Below, in pieces: positions 58,251 to 64,000 of a stretch of DNA of 64,000 nucleotides. Source of the DNA: Candidatus Altiarchaeota archaeon. GTDB lineage: Archaea; Altiarchaeota; Altiarchaeia; IMC4; SCGC-AAA252-I15. The notes under the pieces are model-generated. The model worked only from the letters and a program-made list of their open reading frames with translations, was not told the DNA's origin and did no database searches. The stretch covers positions 160,001 to 224,000 of the forward strand of contig JAZDNF010000001.1 in the NCBI GenBank assembly GCA_043800255.1. Direction: 5' to 3'. A program made the position numbers and the translations under genes. Within the stretch, counting starts at the first letter, position 1; every line of letters starts with the position of its first letter.

Positions 58251-59408
58251 TCAGAGCATCCTCAGGTCTACGCAGAGGCTGTCCCATGTGGGGTATTCTT
58301 CGACGACTGCAGGCTTCAGGCCGGCCTTCTTAATCTCGTCAGCGAGTTCCTCAGCAACCCAAGCGCCTGTCAGTATCCTCAGTCTGCGTCTGTCAACTTC
58401 TAGGAGAATGGGGGGTATGCCCAGCGTCTCAGACAGTCGGCGGGCTGTCCTAGATAACTTTGACAGGTAACTCCTCCTTGTTTGTTGTGTGAGCCTTTCT
58501 AGCTTGTCCTGGTAGCCGAATGACGGCGTCAATTCCGGCAGATACAGCGCTCCCCGGATGAGCAGGCCGTCGCCTGTCACTATATCATACTCTTTCGCGA
58601 CGTTCTTCGCCCTCCTCTTCAGCCTGTTCCTCAACTGGACTGCATCCTTCAGCTTGACCGTGCAGAAGTGGACGTTCAGTCTTGTGTTCCTGGCGCAATA
58701 CTGCAGCAGCTTCAATCCAGCCTCCCTGCTCCCCTTCACGGCTGATGAGGCGTCGCTTACGGCCCTGAAACCGCGCTCGTGCATTTCATTTACATTAGTC
58801 TCCGAAATCTCAAGCTCGTTGAGGTTCAGAAACCTTACTCCCAGGCTGCTGATGTAGTCTATGAATTTTTCAGTCTCCTTCAGCCTGCCTGGGATCACCG
58901 GTATCTCGCAGCCGACATCCCAGTCGAATTCCAGCGCCATCTCGAGGCCAGGACTCCTGCTGAAGTCAGATTTCAGGAAGTCGGGGTGGAACCTTATCTC
59001 ATCCAAACCGGCGTCATACAATCTCCTCAGGTTTCTCCTGGTGGCGGATCTGCCGGTAGTATACAGATGGATGTGGAATCGCTTTCCAAAGCGCTTCTTG
59101 AACAGTCTGATGTACTTTACTGTTCGGTCGATCCTATAGAGGGGGTCTCCTCCTGTGAAGCCGGCCCCGGTCGAACTGCACAGTCTGGCCTCCTCCAGGA
59201 CTTCAGCAGGCTTTTTAATCCACCATTCGTTAGCAACTATGACGTCCCTGCCCTTCTTCCTAGCGCTGAGCGGGCAGTACCAGCATCGGGAAGAGCATAA
59301 TCCTGTCACCAGGAGAACTGTCTTCCTGCCTCTGACACAGTGCCTGCAGCCTTCCGGAAGCTTTCCAACAAGCCAAGAGTGATACGGCGTCCTGCGGATT
59401 TTCCTCAT
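58251..59408 (-). CDS. Radical SAM protein (COG2108-like)
   Basis: GCRHC..G.K, CSSRCWYC, TGGDP, GLDEIRFHP and LNLNELE motifs. Confidence 0.88.
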   Translation of the reverse strand: MRKIRRTPYHSWLVGKLPEGCRHCVRGRKTVLLVTGLCSSRCWYCPLSARKKGRDVIVANEWWIKKPAEVLEEARLCSSTGAGFTGGDPLYRIDRTVKYIRLFKKRFGKRFHIHLYTTGRSATRRNLRRLYDAGLDEIRFHPDFLKSDFSRSPGLEMALEFDWDVGCEIPVIPGRLKETEKFIDYISSLGVRFLNLNELEISETNVNEMHERGFRAVSDASSAVKGSREAGLKLLQYCARNTRLNVHFCTVKLKDAVQLRNRLKRRAKNVAKEYDIVTGDGLLIRGALYLPELTPSFGYQDKLERLTQQTRRSYLSKLSRTARRLSETLGIPPILLEVDRRRLRILTGAWVAEELADEIKKAGLKPAVVEEYPTWDSLCVDLRML

Positions 59409-59467
59409 CTTCTGCTATTGAGTATGCTATTGAAACTTATTATACGGTTTCTTCTAATTCTTGGAAT

Positions 59468-60850
59468 ATGGCAGACTCGCCACCAGATGATAAGGATAAG
59501 AGCCTCGAATATTCGCTGAAGGACGGTTCCGCATTCTCTGTGATGACCGGCTTCGGGGAGCAGTACCTCAACCCTCTCGCCATAGAGCTCGGAGCCTCCA
59601 ACATACAGATAGGCCTGCTCGCATCAGTCCCTCCGTTCATAGCATCCCTCGCCCAGCTCTACACCACCCGACTTGTGAGCATCATCAGAGGCCGGAGGCA
59701 GGTGATAACAAAATCGGTCCTGCTGCAGGCTCTTATGTGGATTCCACTGGTGCTAATACCTATTATCTTGGTGCCGCACAAGGTCAGCCTCCTCATATTT
59801 TTTGTGGTGCTCTACTTCGTCTTCGGGCAGTTCGTCGCGCCAGTCTGGAACAGCCTCATGGGAGACCTCGTTGACGAGGACGTGAGAGGCAGGTTCTTCG
59901 GCATGAGGAACAAGATCACTGGGGCAGTCGCCTTCTTCTCGCTTTTCGCTGCAGGGTTCATTTTGAGCATGTTCCCGAAGGACAGGATAATGTACGGTTT
60001 CGCGCTCATATTCTCAGTCGCCTTCGCCGCCAGAATAGTGTCCTGGCATTACCTCGGGAGGATGCGAAACCCTCCGGTGACTTCCGCCAGGGAGGCTGAG
60101 TTCTCGTTCATCCAATACCTGAAGAAGCTGAGGGAGACGAACTACGGCAGGTTCGCACTCTACTACGGGCTTATGAACTTCACCGTGAACATCGCCAGCC
60201 CGTTCTTCACAGTGTACCTCCTCAGGGATCTGCATCTGCCCTACTACGAGTACACCATAATCACTGCATCCGTCGCCCTGGCGTCATTTCTGACGATGAC
60301 ATACTGGGGGCGGCTCGCGGACAGGTATGGGAACGCTAAGATACTGACCTTCTGCGGGGCGCTTGTGCCGGTAGTTCCCATCCTGTGGCTCTTCTCGAAA
60401 GATGTCACCTACCTGGTGCTGATACAGGCTGTGTCAGGTTTCGCGTGGGCTGGCTTCAACCTGTCAGCATCCAACTACATGTTCGACACTGTGAAGCCCT
60501 TGAAGAGGACGAGGGTGTTCTCATACCATAATGTGCTGGCAGGGTCCTCCATATTCCTGGGGGCGATGCTGGGCGGTCTCATGTCGAAGGTGATAACGTC
60601 GCCTTGGATATTCTACTCGAACCTGCAGATACTCTTCCTCATATCCGGACTGCTGAGAGCAGGCGTCTCATTAATCTTTTTGCCGAAGATAAGGGAGGTG
60701 AGGGAGGTAGAGCAGATAACCACGAAAGACTTTTTCATAAAATACAGCGGAACCGGGCCCATACTGGGTCTGACCTACCGAGCCGTGACAGGATTGCACA
60801 GGTCCTTCACTAGGGATGGCGGCGCCAGAGCCCGCGGCAGAGCGGCATGA
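59468..60850 (+). CDS. MFS transporter
   Basis: About 12 TM segments; WGRLADRYG motif A; RGRFFG.RN. Confidence 0.9.
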   Translation: MADSPPDDKDKSLEYSLKDGSAFSVMTGFGEQYLNPLAIELGASNIQIGLLASVPPFIASLAQLYTTRLVSIIRGRRQVITKSVLLQALMWIPLVLIPIILVPHKVSLLIFFVVLYFVFGQFVAPVWNSLMGDLVDEDVRGRFFGMRNKITGAVAFFSLFAAGFILSMFPKDRIMYGFALIFSVAFAARIVSWHYLGRMRNPPVTSAREAEFSFIQYLKKLRETNYGRFALYYGLMNFTVNIASPFFTVYLLRDLHLPYYEYTIITASVALASFLTMTYWGRLADRYGNAKILTFCGALVPVVPILWLFSKDVTYLVLIQAVSGFAWAGFNLSASNYMFDTVKPLKRTRVFSYHNVLAGSSIFLGAMLGGLMSKVITSPWIFYSNLQILFLISGLLRAGVSLIFLPKIREVREVEQITTKDFFIKYSGTGPILGLTYRAVTGLHRSFTRDGGARARGRAA

Positions 60851-60887
60851 ATCCGATATTTTAATATCAGAGGCGTCATACCTATAC

Positions 60888-61940
60888 ATGAAGTTTACTG
60901 GCGCAAAATTCATGAGGCTTGTGAAGCTAATACTCCTGTTCTACCTTCTGATAGTGGGCGTGCAGCTCTTCAGGAAGGCTGTTCTGGCTTCGGAATCTGA
61001 CATTATCAGCCACCTGAGCTTGAACCACAATGTGCTGAATTCTTTCGGGATTGCGTGGTTAGCCTCGAACCTGATATTAAACGGCAGCCCGGTGGCTGCA
61101 ATCGCTGTCGGATTGCACAGTTCCGGCATCATCAGTTCCTCTGTTGGCATCTCCGCGATACTAGGAAGCAGGGTCGGGGCGACTGCGATCGCCTTCCTGC
61201 TTGGAGGCCTATACTATATGCGGGGTAAGATGTTGAAGAGGAGCCTAAGCTCTCCGACGGTCATCCTCCTGATAACCCTGCTCATGTCTGCTGTCAGCTT
61301 GATTGTTGGTCTGCTGCTGGTCAGATCATCTGTCTTCATGAGCCAATCATATGTACGCATTGGTCATGATGGAATCGCTGAGCCATTGTTTTTCTCCCTC
61401 TTTGAGATGCTGTTCAGGCTGCTTGGCCCAGCCTATTCAATGGTTGCCAGCGTGCTTATCATCATCATCATCGCCGAACTCCTCGAGAAGACGCTCCTAC
61501 TGCCTGAAGACAAGAAGCAGATTATGAGCACCGGCGTGATAGACAAGATCGTGCACAGTCAGACTCTGTCGTTCCTGGCCGGGCTGGTTCTGACCGCGGT
61601 CTTCTTCACCGTTGCCGTCAGCTTCAGCCTCCTCATACCATTGCATGCCTCGAAGAGGATAACACGGGAGGAGATGATACCCTACATAATCGGGGCGAAC
61701 ATCGGCACATTCTCTGACACGGCCTTGATAGCGTTCTTTACCGGGAACGCGGAGACGGTTCTGCTGGTTCTAGCGTGCGTGGCCTCCAACATACTGGCTG
61801 CGATGCTGCTCCTGACGTGGGATAGTTTCCCGAAGAGGATTGTCGGATTGTCTGACATGATACTGGCCACCAGAGGCCGGACTGTTGCGTTCCTATTATC
61901 CCTCGTAATGCTGCCGGTCTCGCTTATGATGCTCTTCTAA
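60888..61940 (+). CDS. Na+/phosphate symporter-like membrane protein
   Basis: ILGSRVG and IIGANIGT repeat motifs; many TM segments; start codon uncertain. Confidence 0.65.
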   Translation: MKFTGAKFMRLVKLILLFYLLIVGVQLFRKAVLASESDIISHLSLNHNVLNSFGIAWLASNLILNGSPVAAIAVGLHSSGIISSSVGISAILGSRVGATAIAFLLGGLYYMRGKMLKRSLSSPTVILLITLLMSAVSLIVGLLLVRSSVFMSQSYVRIGHDGIAEPLFFSLFEMLFRLLGPAYSMVASVLIIIIIAELLEKTLLLPEDKKQIMSTGVIDKIVHSQTLSFLAGLVLTAVFFTVAVSFSLLIPLHASKRITREEMIPYIIGANIGTFSDTALIAFFTGNAETVLLVLACVASNILAAMLLLTWDSFPKRIVGLSDMILATRGRTVAFLLSLVMLPVSLMMLF

Positions 61941-62102
61941 CATTCAGAGCTTTTTTTGTCCTGCATACTATAACTTACACATCCTACAGCATACCCTTCA
62001 CTAGACTCATAGTTCAATATTAGGACACTGCAGGCAGAAAAGGTCGGAATTCGTTGGGATCTGGATTAACGGCGTTATTATTGTTTATTCTCATACCTTA
62101 AC

Positions 62103-63206
62103 ATGGTTGGCATGGGGTTCACAGGTTTATCTGAGCGGGGGAAAATCTACCTCATAGTGTTCCTCTTAGCTGGAGCGTGCGCTTTCATCTATTACTTCCA
62201 CGTCATAGTCGGCACGGAGACCGTGTTCACTCACCTGTTCTACATTCCAATCATCCTCGCGTCATTGTGGTGGGGTTGGTCTGGTCTGGCGGTGGCTTTC
62301 TTTTTGGCCGCTGTTCTGATCTTAAGCCATACTATCTTCAACCTTAACATCTCAATGTCCGCTGATTACCTCAGAGCCTTCATGTTCCTTGTGGTGGGGG
62401 CTTTCGTCGCCGTCTTGTCCAATCACATCCTAGCGTATGAGACTGAGCTTCGGAAGTCTCACGATTTTCTGGAGCTGAAAGTCAGGGAACGTACGAAGGA
62501 GTTGAGGCGCTCCAACGAGGAGCTTGAGAAATTTGCCAAGGTCGTGTCGCATGACCTGCAGCAGCCGCTAGCCACCATAAAAGGCTTTGTCGACATCCTG
62601 CTGCAGGATTATGAGGGGCTGCTCAACACAAAGGGCAATGATTATCTCAGGAGGATAGAGAATTCCACGGACCGGATGATTCTTCTGATAAACGGGCTGC
62701 TTAAGCTTTCCAGGGTCGGCAGGGACAATGTCGAGCTTTCCGAGGTTGACGTGAGCGACATCTTCAACAGTGTGAAGGATGACCTGAATTTTCTTATAGA
62801 GTCGCGGGGTGCTGTCCTAATCAACCACGGCCTTCCAGCCGTCGTCTGCCAGCGCGTATGGATCGAAGAGGTCTTCAAGAACCTGATAGTCAACGGCATC
62901 AAATTCAACCGCAGCAGCACTCCTACTGTTGAGGTCGGATTTTCGGAAAGCGGCGGCGAGTTTGAATTCTACGTCAGGGATAACGGCATAGGCATAGGGC
63001 GTAAGGACTGTGGCAGGATTTTCCAAGGTTTCGAGAGGCTCAACAATCGCAATGAATTTGACGGCGTCGGTTTGGGGTTGCATATTGTCCAGACTATCAT
63101 AGAGTACCATGGGGGGCATGTGTGGGTATCGGACAGCAGTCCTGGGAAGGGCACGACGTTCAAGTTCACAATCCCTAAGGGATTAGGAAGCAAAAATTTT
63201 AGTTGA
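62103..63206 (+). CDS. Membrane sensor histidine kinase
   Basis: N-terminal TM segments; SHDLQQPL H-box; NLIVNGIKF, DNGIG and G.GLGL boxes. Confidence 0.93.
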   Translation: MVGMGFTGLSERGKIYLIVFLLAGACAFIYYFHVIVGTETVFTHLFYIPIILASLWWGWSGLAVAFFLAAVLILSHTIFNLNISMSADYLRAFMFLVVGAFVAVLSNHILAYETELRKSHDFLELKVRERTKELRRSNEELEKFAKVVSHDLQQPLATIKGFVDILLQDYEGLLNTKGNDYLRRIENSTDRMILLINGLLKLSRVGRDNVELSEVDVSDIFNSVKDDLNFLIESRGAVLINHGLPAVVCQRVWIEEVFKNLIVNGIKFNRSSTPTVEVGFSESGGEFEFYVRDNGIGIGRKDCGRIFQGFERLNNRNEFDGVGLGLHIVQTIIEYHGGHVWVSDSSPGKGTTFKFTIPKGLGSKNFS

Positions 63207-63237
63207 TTGTTGATTTTTTATCCCTAATCCGATGTTG

Positions 63238-63654
63238 CTATGCTAGTTCGAACCATAGGGCGACTAGGAGCGCCAGCCCTGAGAGCGCGAATATTACCAT
63301 GAAGTTCGCCCTCTCCTTCCAGTTGTCCTGGCTGCAGACTATCTCAGACAGCAGGGTATAGTCCTCTGTCGTCAGCTTCGATGATGCGAAAAGTTTGTCC
63401 TTCAGTCCTGTCTCCCGTATCACTTCAGATTTCTGTTTTAGTATCCTGTACTTGTATATGAAGAACAGCAGGAATCCTGTGACGCCAACGTACCACGAAA
63501 TTTTCGCGTACGATGGGCTGATGTTCCTGAGGGGCTCTATTATCCTCAGCGAGATTGTGGCTATGATGCCTATCAAAAAGAAAATCCAGGATGCGCTCGA
63601 GTCCCTGCACACATGCCGCATCCCGCAGGTCTCGCACACTGGTCTAGTCATCAT
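63238..63654 (-). CDS. Hypothetical membrane protein
   Basis: CxxC/C N-terminus; three hydrophobic helices. Confidence 0.6.
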   Translation of the reverse strand: MMTRPVCETCGMRHVCRDSSASWIFFLIGIIATISLRIIEPLRNISPSYAKISWYVGVTGFLLFFIYKYRILKQKSEVIRETGLKDKLFASSKLTTEDYTLLSEIVCSQDNWKERANFMVIFALSGLALLVALWFELA

Positions 63655-63716
63655 TAGATAATGGGCTAAGCTGGCAGAAAAACGCGATTTTTCTTTTTCC
63701 CATGCGTAATACTATC

Positions 63717-64000
63717 ATGTTGAAGCAGAGGGGCGGGGGTCAGAGACGGGAGTTCCCGGATATTGTTGAGGGCGGGCATTTGGATCCTGTTTTGGCTTCT
63801 GAGGTGTTAGATACTATCGGCGATGCTGGCAGTCCTCCCATCGTATCAGACAGTCTGAGGCTTGTGAAGAGGCGCCTGACAGGGAGAACGCGAAGGATGC
63901 TGTCGCAGACCTGAAAAGTGTCGCGAAAAGGCTGCTGGACGAGAAAAGCGCCAGGTACTCTGTCCGGGAGGGCAAACGGATATTGGTCACTGAGGAGGTT
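63717..64000 (+). other. Hypothetical gene, apparently frameshifted near 63883, running off the window
   Basis: The ORF stops at 63914, but the -1 frame continues ENAKDAVADLKSVAKRLLDEKSARYSVREGKRILVTEEV to the window end. Confidence 0.35.

Overview
Archaeal chromosomal window, mostly GC-balanced housekeeping DNA. An Altiarchaeota/DPANN-like origin is my inference only. It opens inside a giant Cys-rich membrane-anchored protein, followed by a TrbL/VirB6-like membrane protein. Next come a conserved translation/transcription cluster (rps6e, aIF2g, rpoE1, spt4, rps24e, rps27ae, trm56), gatE, endoQ, an AlkP/cysD unit, psmB-aCPSF1, argG, valS, trmI, grpE-dnaK-dnaJ, a LeuC/LeuD/IDH/citrate-synthase-like 2-oxoacid cluster and serine genes. 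There are three tRNA genes (Ala-GGC and Thr-TGT with introns, Pro-GGG). Main observations: (1) a family of short hairpin elements flanks the tRNA genes and also makes up the body of both tRNA introns; (2) a 4.1-kb AT-rich island (31636-35769) has 64-bp imperfect terminal inverted repeats and a near-perfect 9-bp target duplication but no transposase, and carries a DprA+PRTase pair, an ATPase, an RHH pseudogene and a tRNA-like gene with a 9-nt anticodon loop; (3) the VirB6-like protein has a RadA-N-type HhH module; (4) both intron-containing tRNA genes have partial duplications. All calls come from reading the sequence; no searches were run.
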